Notes: generated by a model not told the origin, from the sequence alone. Counted from the first letter of the stretch, positions 1 through 10,090 are shown. The stretch is DNA of 60,916 nt from Chitinophaga pinensis (GCA_945860565.1 CAMAQS010000005.1:1-60916), one strand, 5' to 3'. Numbers and translations are program-made.

Positions 1-258
1 TTTACCACAATCGACCATACACAAATTATTGATGCGCCTGGAATTAGAGATTTTGGAGTTGTTGATATTGCCCCGCATGAAATCCCTCATTATTTTCCAG
101 AATTTAGAACTTATATGGACAAATGTAAATTTAGCAACTGCTCCCATACTCATGAGCCCGATTGTGCAATTTTATCGGCGGTTGACAACAATTTAATTCC
201 AAAAGCACGTTATTATAGTTATCTCAGTATTTTAAACAATGAAGATATTTACAAATAA
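1..258 (+). CDS. rsgA: Ribosome biogenesis GTPase RsgA (YjeQ), C-terminal fragment; 5' end outside the window
   Basis: Frame 1 is open from base 1 to TAA at 256-258. The translation FTTIDHTQIIDAPGIRDFGV...CKFSNCSHTHEPDCAI shows a DxPG G3 motif and the C-terminal Cys/His zinc knuckle typical of RsgA. Confidence 0.85.
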   Translation, partial: FTTIDHTQIIDAPGIRDFGVVDIAPHEIPHYFPEFRTYMDKCKFSNCSHTHEPDCAILSAVDNNLIPKARYYSYLSILNNEDIYK

Positions 259-1666
259 ATTGAACTTAAAATTTACTATATCCATCTTTTTACTGCTACT
301 TTTAACGTCTACATTGATTTTAACTAGTTGTATCAAAGAGCCTTCATTTTTAAATAATGCCAATCTCAAATTTTCTAGCGATACGGTTTATTTTGATACC
401 ATTTTCACACGGAAACCCGGCTCGACATACCCCATCTCAGTCACAAAACTATTAAGCATTAAAAATTCAGAAAATCAATGGGTTAAAGCCAACTTCAAGC
501 TAATGGGTGGAAAAAACTCACCCTTTAAAATAAATATTGATGGTATTTCTGGACCCGGCATTCAAGATATTGAAATTGCCCCTAATGACAGCGTTTTTCT
601 TTTTGTGCAATGCGCATTAGAAGCCAACAATCAAACCCAACCTTCCTTAATCATAGATAGTTTAACTGCTACAGTTGGTTCAAAGAGTGAAAAGTTAATT
701 TTAGCGGCTTATGGTTGGGATGCTCACTATATAAAAGATAGCATCTTGCCAAATAATGGTTTATGGAACGATAAAATAAAACCTTATGTCATAATAGGCA
801 ATGCATATATAGCTCCAAATCAAAATTTCACTATAAAAGAGGGCGTTCAAGTTTTCGCATCCGCTCAAACTGTTTTTTATGTGTTTGGTAATTTAAATAT
901 GGAAGGATCTAAGGAATTTAGAATTAAAATTAGAGGCGATAAACCCGTTTTCCAAACTTCCCTCTACCCAAATCAATGGGGTGGTTTTTACTTCGCACCA
1001 GGAGCCAAAGGCAATATTTCCTACTCAGATATAACCAACGCAACAATAGGATTAAGAGCAGATTCATCAAATTTGGATAACAGCTTTAATGTTGTTTTAA
1101 AACAAACCAAAATTCAATTTTGTGGTCAAGCATGTTTAGCCGGTTATAACGGTTCTATTTTTGCAGAAAATTGCCTGTTCGCCGACGCCGGGTCTTATTC
1201 TTTTTTAGCGTTATTGGGGGGGGATTATACTTTTAACAACTGTACTTTTACAGAATATTCATATTTTAACTCCAGACAAGAAGGACACGTTGCAATAACC
1301 AATACACTAAGAGACGGAAACGGGGTTTTGTTAAATTCGAAAGAACTAAATATTGCTTTCTCAAACAATATTATTTGGGGTTATTTAACAGACGAAATAA
1401 TAATTGACAAAGTTTCAAATACTCCCTTTGAATTAAACTCATTTAACAATGTATTGAAAACAAAAAATAGTTTAGCAATTTTTGATCCATCTAAAAATAT
1501 TTTCAATAAAAATCCGAGGTTTACAGACATAAATACCAACCTTTATAAAATCGACAGCCTATCTAGTGCATATCAATCTGCCGATTTCTCTAGCGCTAGT
1601 AAATTTGATTTACTTGGTGAAAATAGAAAAATAAAACCTGATATTGGTTGTTTTGAAAAACAGTAA
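239..1666 (+). CDS. Lipoprotein of unknown function with parallel-beta-helix-like repeats
   Basis: ORF-track 475 aa. Signal peptide ends in a lipobox-like LILTSC. Repeated short turns (NATIGLRADSS, AENCLFADAG, NNCTFTEYS, SNNIIWGY) resemble right-handed beta-helix repeats. The ATG overlaps the rsgA 3' end by 20 nt. No specific family recognised. Confidence 0.6.
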   Translation: MKIFTNKLNLKFTISIFLLLLLTSTLILTSCIKEPSFLNNANLKFSSDTVYFDTIFTRKPGSTYPISVTKLLSIKNSENQWVKANFKLMGGKNSPFKINIDGISGPGIQDIEIAPNDSVFLFVQCALEANNQTQPSLIIDSLTATVGSKSEKLILAAYGWDAHYIKDSILPNNGLWNDKIKPYVIIGNAYIAPNQNFTIKEGVQVFASAQTVFYVFGNLNMEGSKEFRIKIRGDKPVFQTSLYPNQWGGFYFAPGAKGNISYSDITNATIGLRADSSNLDNSFNVVLKQTKIQFCGQACLAGYNGSIFAENCLFADAGSYSFLALLGGDYTFNNCTFTEYSYFNSRQEGHVAITNTLRDGNGVLLNSKELNIAFSNNIIWGYLTDEIIIDKVSNTPFELNSFNNVLKTKNSLAIFDPSKNIFNKNPRFTDINTNLYKIDSLSSAYQSADFSSASKFDLLGENRKIKPDIGCFEKQ

Positions 1667-2116
1667 TTAGCTTCTGCGATTTCTAAAAAATTCCTTCATT
1701 AAATCAGAGCATCGATCTTCAAATAAACCAAATGAAATATCCAAATTTTTAGAAACCGGCTTGTCCAAGAATGAACTAAATCCAGATTTTGGTTCTTTTG
1801 CACCAATGACAACTCTCTTTAATCTAGACCATTTTATTGCTCCCATACACATTAAACAGGGTTCAACCGTTATATAAATAGTACAGTCGTTCAAGAATTT
1901 GCTACCTAAAAATTGAGATGCACTGGTTATAGCTAAAATTTCTGCGTGCGCAGTTACATCTGTAAGCTTTTCCGTTTGATTAAATCCTTTACCAATGATT
2001 TTATTTTCAAAAACAATTATAGCACCAATTGGAATTTCGTTCTCAGAAAATGCCTCTTCTGCCAGCTTTATTGCCTTTTCCATGAAATATTCATCAGGGT
2101 TTATTAAATCTTCCAT
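1667..2116 (-). CDS. tadA: tRNA-specific adenosine deaminase TadA
   Basis: 149 aa with the zinc-binding deaminase motifs HAEILAI and PCLMCMGA. Size and motif spacing are typical of TadA. Confidence 0.9.
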   Translation of the reverse strand: MEDLINPDEYFMEKAIKLAEEAFSENEIPIGAIIVFENKIIGKGFNQTEKLTDVTAHAEILAITSASQFLGSKFLNDCTIYITVEPCLMCMGAIKWSRLKRVVIGAKEPKSGFSSFLDKPVSKNLDISFGLFEDRCSDLMKEFFRNRRS

Positions 2117-2184
2117 TCAATTCTACTTTTGATGTAAATATAATAGTAAACACGCCATTTTTTGATGAACTTTGTTTTACATAT

Positions 2185-3312
2185 ATGAGAATCGGAATTG
2201 TATTATATCCAACATTTGGTGGGTCGGGAGTTCTAGCCACCGAATTGGGTAAAGCCCTGTCAAAAACAGGCAATGAAGTACATTTTATTAGTTACAATCA
2301 ACCTGCGCGTTTAGATTTTTTCATGGAAAACATTTTCTTCCATGAAGTTATAATTCCACAATATCCCTTATTTGAGCATGCCCCATACGAAACTGCATTA
2401 GCTGGAAAAATTGTTGAAATTGTTAAATCTGCTCGTCTAGAAGTTTTACATGTACACTATGCCATACCTCATGCATCTGCAGCTCTTTTGGCTAAACAAA
2501 TATTACTTGAACAAAACATAAAAATACCTGTAGTAACTACATTACATGGAACTGATATAACTTTAGTCGGTCGGGAGGCGTCTTATGAACCAGTGGTGAG
2601 TTGGAGTATAAACAATTCTGACGCCGTTACGGCAGTTTCAGAAAGTTTAAAATCCGATACATTAGAACATTTTAAGATAAGGAGAGGAATTATTGTTATT
2701 CCAAATTTCATCGATTTTGAAAGGTTTAATAAAAAGCCTAGAGAGCATTTCAAAAAAGCAATCGCTCCAAATGGTGAAAAAATCTTAGTTCACACCTCCA
2801 ATTTTAGAAAAGTAAAACGTGTTGGTGATGTTATTCAAATTTTCAATTTGGTTCAAAAAGAAATTCCTTCAAAACTACTTTTAATTGGTGACGGACCTGA
2901 ACGAAGCAATATTGAAAAAATTTGTAGAGATTTAGATGTATGTGAAAAAGTTACTTTTTTGGGAAAGCAAGAAGCCATTGAAGAAATCTTAAGTGTATGT
3001 GATTTGTTTATTTTACCTTCTGAAAAAGAAAGCTTTGGGTTATCAGCACTAGAAGCAATGGCTTGCGAAGTACCTGTAATTTGCAGTAATGCAGGTGGTT
3101 TATCTGAAGTAGTGGTAGATGGTGTAACTGGTTATTTATCGGAAACAGGTGATATTGAAAAAATGGCCAAAGATTCTTTGTCTATTTTAACCAATGATGA
3201 AAAACTTTTTGATTTTAGAAAAAACGCACTAGAAAGAGCCAAAAATTTTGATTTGAAAAATATTCTTAGCCTTTATTATTCTGTTTATCAAGATGTAGTT
3301 CTTGATAAATGA
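2185..3312 (+). CDS. bshA: GT4 glycosyltransferase, probable N-acetyl-alpha-D-glucosaminyl L-malate synthase (bacillithiol BshA)
   Basis: 375 aa. The N-terminus RIGIVLYPTFGGSGVLATELGKALSKTGNEVHFISY closely resembles the BshA signature. GT-B C-terminal E-x7-E region PSEKESFGLSALEAMACEVPVI is present. Ends in TGA. Confidence 0.65.
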   Translation: MRIGIVLYPTFGGSGVLATELGKALSKTGNEVHFISYNQPARLDFFMENIFFHEVIIPQYPLFEHAPYETALAGKIVEIVKSARLEVLHVHYAIPHASAALLAKQILLEQNIKIPVVTTLHGTDITLVGREASYEPVVSWSINNSDAVTAVSESLKSDTLEHFKIRRGIIVIPNFIDFERFNKKPREHFKKAIAPNGEKILVHTSNFRKVKRVGDVIQIFNLVQKEIPSKLLLIGDGPERSNIEKICRDLDVCEKVTFLGKQEAIEEILSVCDLFILPSEKESFGLSALEAMACEVPVICSNAGGLSEVVVDGVTGYLSETGDIEKMAKDSLSILTNDEKLFDFRKNALERAKNFDLKNILSLYYSVYQDVVLDK

Positions 3313-3797
3313 TCCTTTAAATACTTTAAAGCAATACTAACTTGATTTTCAATGGTTTTTGGCGACAAATCCAAAACTTCCGCAATTTCTTTATGACTCA
3401 ATTCATATAATCTACTCATAATAAAAATTTGCTTACACTTAGTTGGAAGTTGGTCAATTAAAAAATGAACCTTCGCTTCAGCCTCCCTTGCTTCAATTTG
3501 AGCTAATACCCCAGGACTTTGATCAGGAGTTGGCAAATCATCTGTCAAATCGCTATAGTCCAATTTTGATTTTCTGATATGATTTAAACACCTATTTTTC
3601 ACAGAGGTGAATAAATAACTCTTCATACCTGCTTCCTCAATTTGCCTTTGTTCCCCTTGATTCCAAATAGCTAAAAAAACGTCGTGTACAATTTCTTCGG
3701 CATCATCTGAATTTTGAATAATACTACCTGCAAAAGCAACCAAACCAGGTCGGTACTTATAAAATAATTTTTCAAATGTGCTGGTATCTTTTGCCAA
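3288..3797 (-). CDS. ECF-type RNA polymerase sigma-70 factor (no adjacent anti-sigma)
   Basis: 169 aa. Region 2 DAEEIVHDVFLAIW and region 4 HTH LSHKEIAEVLDLSPKTIENQVSIALKYLK. The 3' end overlaps the bshA 3' end by 25 nt (convergent). Ends in TGA. Confidence 0.9.
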   Translation of the reverse strand: MAKDTSTFEKLFYKYRPGLVAFAGSIIQNSDDAEEIVHDVFLAIWNQGEQRQIEEAGMKSYLFTSVKNRCLNHIRKSKLDYSDLTDDLPTPDQSPGVLAQIEAREAEAKVHFLIDQLPTKCKQIFIMSRLYELSHKEIAEVLDLSPKTIENQVSIALKYLKDHLSRTTS

Positions 3798-3867
3798 AGT
3801 TTTTTAACTAATTCAGCAAAAATAAGGCCAAGAATAATTTGAAAAAGAAAAAACTAATTAACGATTG

Positions 3868-6135
3868 TTAATTAGCTACGTCGCTTATAAATTGAAGATG
3901 CATTAATTTCAATTCCTCATGCGAAAATTCTCCATCAAAGTTTTCTACAGCAGCGTCTATATTTTCCTCTTCTGTGGTTTTAAAATAGTCAATTACTTCA
4001 TCTTGTAAATCCTCATCTAAGAATTGGTCTAGGAAATATCTTATGTTTAGCTTCGTTCCAGAATTTACAATTTGTTGTAATTCCTCTAATAGCTCATCAA
4101 AGCTTATCCCAAGTTGAGTGGCAATTACAGGTAAATCGACTTTTTTATCAATGTTCAATATAATGTTCACTCGCTTTGCTGATTTTTCAGAATTTCCCTT
4201 TAGAACAACTTCAATCGGTCTTTCTATTTCATTCTCACGAACATAATTATCAATATACTGGACAAATTCTGCTCCAAATTTTAATGCTTTGTTCTTTCCA
4301 ACTCCATTTATATTGGCTAATTCTTCCTTTGTTATGGGATACTTCATAGCCATATCTTCTAAGCTAGGATCTTGAAATACAACATAGGGAGGAAGACCTA
4401 ATTTATGTGCAACCTGTTTTCTCAAGTCTTTTAATCCTAGAAACAATATTTCATCGCATACTGATTCTAGTCGAAAGCTGTCAAAATCTTCGTCACTTAC
4501 ATGATCAAATTCCACATCAACCGCCATATCCATAGAAGATGGCTTTTTAATAAAATCTGAGCCTAGGTCATTTATTGACAACAATCCATACCTCTCAATA
4601 TTTTTATTCAGGAAACCACTTACCAAAGCAAGCCTTACAACAGATTTCCAAAATAACTTATCTTGTCCTTTTCCAACTCCAAATAATTCATGTTTGTCGT
4701 GATTATAAGATTTAATATTGGCATCTGTTTTATTTCCAATAACAAAATTTACCACATGATTTAATGAGAATTCGCCTTTTAACCCGCTAAAGATTTTTAA
4801 AATCTGTGTCAATTCGTTTGAAACATCTTTTTTAGGTTTAGGGTGAGCACAATTATCACACATTTGATTGCAATCTTTTTCGTCGAACCTTTCTCCAAAA
4901 TAATGCAATAGCAATTTTCTTCTACACTGTGAACTTTCAGCAAAAGCTGCAGTCTCTGCAATTAATAATCCCCCTATTTCCTGTTCTGCAACAGGCTTAT
5001 CTTTCATAAACTTCTCTAACTTCTCAATATCATTCGGATTGTAAAACAATAAACAATCTCCTTTGAGTCCATCTCTTCCTGCTCTCCCAGTTTCTTGGTA
5101 ATATCCCTCCAAACTTTTTGGAACGTCATAATGGATTACAAAACGCACATCTGGCTTATCTATTCCCATTCCAAAGGCGATAGTAGCAACAATAACATCG
5201 CAATTTTCCATTAAGAAATCATCTTGATGTTGGGCCCTCATTTTTGCATCTAAACCTGCATGATAAGCAAGCGCCTTAATTCCATTTCGACACAACATTT
5301 CGGCAATTTCTTCAACTTTCTTGCGCGAAAGACAATATATAATACCAGAAGAATTTGCCCTATGTTTTATAAATGATATAATCTCTTTATGAACAGCATC
5401 TTTCCGTCCTTTTGGCCTAACCTGATAGTACAAGTTTGATCTATTAAACGAACTTTTAAATAATTTGGCTTCCAACATGTTCAAATTCTTTTGAATATCA
5501 TGCTGTACTTTAGGTGTTGCGGTTGCCGTTAAGGCCAAAATTGGAATTTCACCTATGGCTTTAACCATTTGACGTATTTTCCTATATTCGGGTCGAAAAT
5601 CATGCCCCCATTCAGATATACAATGGGCTTCATCAACCGCTACAAAGGATACTTTAATTTTGGATAACAATTCCAATGTTTCTGGCTTTTTCAACGTTTC
5701 TGGTGCCACATATAATAAACGAGTGTCACCAGATAACAAATCAGTTACTACTTGGTTAAAATCTGATTTACTCAATGAACTATTCAGAAAATGTGCCAAT
5801 CCATTGGTGTCTGAAAATCCCCTTAAATTATCTACTTGATTTTTCATAAGGGCAATGAGTGGCGAAATTATTATCGCTGTTCCAGGCATAATCATTGCAG
5901 GTAATTGATAACACAAGGATTTTCCTGCTCCAGTCGGCATTATCACAAAACAATCTTCACCTGACAAGATACTGTTTATTACAATCTCTTGATTGCCTTT
6001 AAATCCATCAAAACCAAAAAACTCTTTTAAAAATTTCTTTGGACTCTCTTTACTTTCTATTGCTGCCACTTGCATTACTAATTTTCCTTGTTCTAAAATA
6101 TATTTCTTCAACGTAAAAAATCCACAATCTATCAA
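3868..6135 (-). CDS. recQ: ATP-dependent DNA helicase RecQ (true start probably Met-21 at 6075)
   Basis: Motif I MPTGAGKSLCYQLP, DEAH box AVDEAHCISEWGHDFRPEY, RecQ Zn-binding Cys cluster (CRRKLL...CDNC), and a C-terminal HRDC-like region (DLRKQVAHKLGLPPYVVF). Confidence 0.95.
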   Translation of the reverse strand: MIDCGFFTLKKYILEQGKLVMQVAAIESKESPKKFLKEFFGFDGFKGNQEIVINSILSGEDCFVIMPTGAGKSLCYQLPAMIMPGTAIIISPLIALMKNQVDNLRGFSDTNGLAHFLNSSLSKSDFNQVVTDLLSGDTRLLYVAPETLKKPETLELLSKIKVSFVAVDEAHCISEWGHDFRPEYRKIRQMVKAIGEIPILALTATATPKVQHDIQKNLNMLEAKLFKSSFNRSNLYYQVRPKGRKDAVHKEIISFIKHRANSSGIIYCLSRKKVEEIAEMLCRNGIKALAYHAGLDAKMRAQHQDDFLMENCDVIVATIAFGMGIDKPDVRFVIHYDVPKSLEGYYQETGRAGRDGLKGDCLLFYNPNDIEKLEKFMKDKPVAEQEIGGLLIAETAAFAESSQCRRKLLLHYFGERFDEKDCNQMCDNCAHPKPKKDVSNELTQILKIFSGLKGEFSLNHVVNFVIGNKTDANIKSYNHDKHELFGVGKGQDKLFWKSVVRLALVSGFLNKNIERYGLLSINDLGSDFIKKPSSMDMAVDVEFDHVSDEDFDSFRLESVCDEILFLGLKDLRKQVAHKLGLPPYVVFQDPSLEDMAMKYPITKEELANINGVGKNKALKFGAEFVQYIDNYVRENEIERPIEVVLKGNSEKSAKRVNIILNIDKKVDLPVIATQLGISFDELLEELQQIVNSGTKLNIRYFLDQFLDEDLQDEVIDYFKTTEEENIDAAVENFDGEFSHEELKLMHLQFISDVAN

Positions 6136-6394
6136 TGTAGATTAAAACTTTCATAGTCATATTTTTAACGCGTTTTCATTCTGAAATCTAACTGTGAAGT
6201 TAATACATTTTTTTAATTGTAATTTACTGAATTAAAAAAAAATCAACAAACTGTTAAATTATTTATTCCTTTTAATCCATATTCTCTAAGTTGATAACCA
6301 AAACCATACTCAAATAATCATTTTTTTTCCCTTATTTTGTAATAACATGTAACAATCGCATTCCGTTTTTGATTGTAGATTTTACAAAAATTAA

Positions 6395-7384
6395 ATGAAA
6401 AACATACAAGTAGAATCAATTGAAAGAGATAAAGTTAAAGAATTTGGTCAAGACACCATTAAATTTGAATTAACTAGCTTAAGTAAATTGTCAGAGTATA
6501 TTGATAAACATTTCGAAGATGCAATCTTAACTATTTTAAATTCATCAGGAAGAATCGTATTAACGGGCATTGGAAAAAGCGCGATTATCGCCCAAAAAAT
6601 TACTGCGACCCTCAACTCAACTGGTCAACCCGCTTTGTTCATGCATGCTGCAGATGCCATTCATGGCGACCTTGGAATGGTTCAGGAAAATGATATTGTC
6701 ATAGCTATATCAAAAAGTGGAAATACCCCCGAAATCGTTGCACTTACACCTCTTCTAAAAAGATTCGGAAACACTTTAATTGCCATCGTAGGCAACCTAA
6801 ATTCAACATTGGCTCAAAGTGCAGATTTTGTACTTAACACAACAATAGACAAAGAAGCATGTCCTAATAACCTTGCACCAACAACCAGCACAACCGCTCA
6901 ACTTATAATGGGTGATGCCATAGCTGTTACGTTATTAAAAATGCGAAATTTTTCAGGTGATGATTTCTCAAAATACCACCCGGGTGGAGCTTTAGGGAAG
7001 CAATTGTACATGCGGTGCAACGACATTGTTGTGAAACATTCCAGGCCTTCGGTTTCCTTAAATACACATTGGAAGGATGTTATAATCAACATTACAGAAA
7101 ATAGATTGGGTGCTACTGTTGTTACAAATAATGATAAAATTGAAGGAATTGTCACCGATGGCGACATTAGAAGAATGCTCTATAATAATACTTCTTTTGA
7201 CAAAATTCTAGCCGAAAACATTATGACGCCAAACCCAATTACCATTCAACACGACGAACTCGCAGCAGAAGCTGCTAAAATTATGCAGGAAAAGAGAATC
7301 TCGCAGTTAATAGTTGTAAACAAATCAAATGACTACCTCGGTATAATCCATATTCATGATTTATATGCTGAGGGAATAATCTAA
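6395..7384 (+). CDS. kdsD: Arabinose-5-phosphate isomerase (KpsF/GutQ/KdsD family; SIS plus tandem CBS)
   Basis: SIS motif RIVLTGIGKSAIIAQKITATLNSTG...AISKSGNT, followed by two CBS-like segments (ATVVTNNDKIEGIVTDGDIRR; QLIVVNKSNDYLGIIHIHDL). Confidence 0.85.
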   Translation: MKNIQVESIERDKVKEFGQDTIKFELTSLSKLSEYIDKHFEDAILTILNSSGRIVLTGIGKSAIIAQKITATLNSTGQPALFMHAADAIHGDLGMVQENDIVIAISKSGNTPEIVALTPLLKRFGNTLIAIVGNLNSTLAQSADFVLNTTIDKEACPNNLAPTTSTTAQLIMGDAIAVTLLKMRNFSGDDFSKYHPGGALGKQLYMRCNDIVVKHSRPSVSLNTHWKDVIINITENRLGATVVTNNDKIEGIVTDGDIRRMLYNNTSFDKILAENIMTPNPITIQHDELAAEAAKIMQEKRISQLIVVNKSNDYLGIIHIHDLYAEGII

Positions 7385-7389
7385 TCACA

Positions 7390-8469
7390 ATGGAAAAAAA
7401 TAAAGACTTTTATGTAATCATTATGGCTGGTGGTATTGGAACTAGATTCTGGCCCGTTAGCAAAAAAAGCTTCCCTAAACAATTTATGGACATTTTGGGT
7501 ACAGGCAAATCACTAATCCGTCAAACATTTGATAGATTCAATCAATTTATTGATGAAAAAAATATCTACATTGTCACCAATGAAGAATACACCGATTTGG
7601 TTCTTGAGCATATTCCTAAAATTACCAAAGAACAGATTTTAGAAGAACCGTTAGGTAAAAATACAGCTCCATGTATTGCATTTGCTACCTATTATTTATT
7701 ACAACAAAACCCCAATGCAACTTGCCTAATTTCACCCAGTGACCACTTAATAACCGATGAAATGGAGTTCTCCAAAACCTGTTTAAAGGCTTTAGATTTC
7801 GCCAATTCAAATGATGCTTTGGTAACTTTAGGAATTACACCTAGCAGGCCTGACACCGGTTACGGATATATCCAATACAATCCAAAATCCAAAGAAAATG
7901 GGATACATGCGGTTAAAACATTTACAGAAAAACCAACCGAAGAAATTGCGAAAAACTTTATTGATAGTGGTGAATTCTTATGGAATGCAGGAATTTTTGC
8001 TTGGAGTTTAAAAACCATTGCCAATCGCTTTGAAACCAATTTAATAGAAATTCATCAGCTTTTTGCAGAAATTGATTTTAAAATCCCTTTTAAAATAGCC
8101 ATCGCTGAAGCTTACGGCATGTGTCCAAGTATTTCAATAGACTATGGAATTATGGAAAAAGAAAAAAATGTATTTGTAATTCCTTCTTCTTTTGGATGGA
8201 GTGACTTAGGGACTTGGAAAAGTCTTTGGGATGTTGCACAAAAAGACGAATTACAAAATGCAGCAATAGGTGAAAAAATACATTTTTATAACTCTAAGGA
8301 AAATTTGGTTTTTTCCAATAATTCTAAATTGTTAACCATTAGTGGACTAGATAATATTGTAGTTATAGATTCTGATGAAGTTTTACTTATAATGAATATG
8401 AACAGTGAACAAGAACTAAAACAAATTGTAAGTGATGTAAAAGAAAAATTTAAAGGAAAATACAATTAA
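7390..8469 (+). CDS. manC: Mannose-1-phosphate guanylyltransferase (no PMI domain)
   Basis: N-terminal nucleotidyltransferase loop VIIMAGGIGTRFWPVSKKSFPKQF, plus ...GYGYIQ... and FTEKP motifs typical of GDP-mannose pyrophosphorylase. 5 nt downstream of kdsD. Confidence 0.8.
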   Translation: MEKNKDFYVIIMAGGIGTRFWPVSKKSFPKQFMDILGTGKSLIRQTFDRFNQFIDEKNIYIVTNEEYTDLVLEHIPKITKEQILEEPLGKNTAPCIAFATYYLLQQNPNATCLISPSDHLITDEMEFSKTCLKALDFANSNDALVTLGITPSRPDTGYGYIQYNPKSKENGIHAVKTFTEKPTEEIAKNFIDSGEFLWNAGIFAWSLKTIANRFETNLIEIHQLFAEIDFKIPFKIAIAEAYGMCPSISIDYGIMEKEKNVFVIPSSFGWSDLGTWKSLWDVAQKDELQNAAIGEKIHFYNSKENLVFSNNSKLLTISGLDNIVVIDSDEVLLIMNMNSEQELKQIVSDVKEKFKGKYN

Positions 8470-8473
8470 TTCT

Positions 8474-8504
8474 TTTGAATATTTAAGTTCAATTTATATA
8501 TTTG
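8474..8504 (+). promoter_or_regulatory. Bacteroidota-type promoter (-33 TTTG, -7 TAtaTTTG)
   Basis: TTTG at about 8474-8477 and a perfect TAnnTTTG (TATATTTG) at about 8497-8504, 19 nt apart. This matches the established Bacteroidetes sigma-A consensus spacing of 19-21 nt. Confidence 0.55.
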
Positions 8505-8565
8505 TACTGTTATCGAATAATTCGGTAACACCAACTGTTACGCGCTTTTACATACCAAACATCCT

Positions 8566-8597
8566 GGCCGTGCATTTTGTACGGCCTTGATTTTTTT
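8566..8597 (+). terminator. Intrinsic terminator-like hairpin plus T-tract, 8 nt upstream of the EamA start codon
   Basis: GGCCGT-gcattttgt-ACGGCC followed by TTGATTTTTTT. It lies downstream of the 8497 promoter box and immediately before ATG 8605. Confidence 0.55.
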
Positions 8598-8604
8598 AAG
8601 ACTA

Positions 8605-9555
8605 ATGCCAACAACCCAAACTGAATTAAGAGCCTATACTTTATTGCACATATCGGTCTTCCTTTGGGGATTTACTGCAGTTTTAGGCAAGTTAATTTCT
8701 TACGATTCCTTTCAATTGGTTTGGCATAGAATGGCTATTACCGCTTTTGTTTATTTTTTGTTTCCTACTGTTTGGAAAAATTTATGGGGAATGAAAAAAA
8801 GTCAAATCCTCACCTTTGTTGGAATCGGTGTTTTGGTTTGTGCGCATTGGCTTACTTTTTATGGTAGCATTAAATTTGGAGACTCAGTTTCTTTGACCCT
8901 TGCCTGCTTGGGTACTACGTCACTTTTTACCGCAATTATTGAACCTCTAGTATTGGGCAATAAAATCAACAAACGGGAAATTTTTGCAGGTCTTTTTGTT
9001 TTATTAGGAGTTGGACTCATAACCTTTTCTCTGCCTAAAAATTACAATTCTAGCATATCATATAGTTGGTCCATATTTACAGGACTTTTAAGTGCGTTCT
9101 TAGCCGCACTTTTCAGTACATTAAATAAAAAAAATATCCATAAAGCTTCTCCTGTAACAATTAGTGCAATCGAAATGTTGTCAGGAGCATTAATATTGAC
9201 ATTAATTACTCCCCTTTTATATTCTAAATCAGAACTTACATTTCCAAACTTTAATATTGAAAAATTCAATACGAATGAACTACAGAACGGATCAATGGAT
9301 CTTTTATGGTTATTAATTCTATCCATTGTTTGTACAAATCTTACGTTCTATTTAGCGACTAAAGCCCTAAATTCAATTAGCGCATTTTCTTCAAATCTAG
9401 CTGTAAACCTGGAGCCAGTTTATGGAATTATTCTTGGTGCTCTTGTTTTTAATGAAAACAAACAACTAAACAATTTATTTTACATTGGAGCTGGAATAAT
9501 TCTATTGTCAATCTTTTCAAACGCGTTTTTAAAGAAAAAAAATCATGGAAATTAA
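8605..9555 (+). CDS. EamA/DMT-family transporter (about 10 TM helices)
   Basis: Hydrophobic 10-helix pattern with two EamA-like halves. The ORF-track start at 8587 is TTG inside the terminator T-tract. The first ATG (MPTTQTELRAY...) at 8605 is preferred. Confidence 0.8.
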   Translation: MPTTQTELRAYTLLHISVFLWGFTAVLGKLISYDSFQLVWHRMAITAFVYFLFPTVWKNLWGMKKSQILTFVGIGVLVCAHWLTFYGSIKFGDSVSLTLACLGTTSLFTAIIEPLVLGNKINKREIFAGLFVLLGVGLITFSLPKNYNSSISYSWSIFTGLLSAFLAALFSTLNKKNIHKASPVTISAIEMLSGALILTLITPLLYSKSELTFPNFNIEKFNTNELQNGSMDLLWLLILSIVCTNLTFYLATKALNSISAFSSNLAVNLEPVYGIILGALVFNENKQLNNLFYIGAGIILLSIFSNAFLKKKNHGN

Positions 9556-10090
9556 TGATATAATAATAAATCGCAGAAGTCACTTCCAAAAAGAATTTAA
9601 TGGAGAAATTGCACCCGATGAAATGATTTCGCAATTACTCGAATTTTCACAATGGGCGCCAAGCCACAAACTTACATTACCATGGCATTTTATGGTTTAT
9701 AAAAATGAAAGTAAAATACACTTATTTGATGCCATAAGAAGTTCTATTAAAAGCACCTCTTCCGACCCTATTAAGTTGGAAAAAATGGCACATTTCGAAT
9801 CTCCCATTTCTCACATAATTGCAATTATTTTGGAACCATCACTTAAAGTTCCTGAATGGGAAGAAATCGCTTCGCTAGGTGCGGGCATTCAAAATGTATA
9901 TTTAGCGCTTCTTCAATATCCAAAATTCGGAGGATATTGGTCAACTGGATTGCAAGCAAATTCTGAAGAAATAAGAAATTTCTTAGGCCTTTCCCCTACC
10001 GAAATCCATTATGGATATTTTATAATTGGCGGCATCAATGAACTAAGAACTAAAAGTCAAAGACCAAAAGCCATTATAAATTGGATTTAA
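9545..10090 (+). CDS. Nitroreductase-family protein
   Basis: 181 aa. N-terminus [12 protein letters not shown] and ...[14 protein letters not shown]... fit the nitroreductase fold signature (RRS..F, P.W.F). Overlaps the EamA gene by 11 nt. Confidence 0.65.
   Translation: MEINDIIINRRSHFQKEFNGEIAPDEMISQLLEFSQWAPSHKLTLPWHFMVYKNESKIHLFDAIRSSIKSTSSDPIKLEKMAHFESPISHIIAIILEPSLKVPEWEEIASLGAGIQNVYLALLQYPKFGGYWSTGLQANSEEIRNFLGLSPTEIHYGYFIIGGINELRTKSQRPKAIINWI

Noticed and set aside
8587-8604. The TTG start giving an MIFLRL extension of the EamA transporter.
   Set aside because: The extension would be translated from the terminator T-tract. The ATG at 8605 gives a normal N-terminus before the first TM helix.
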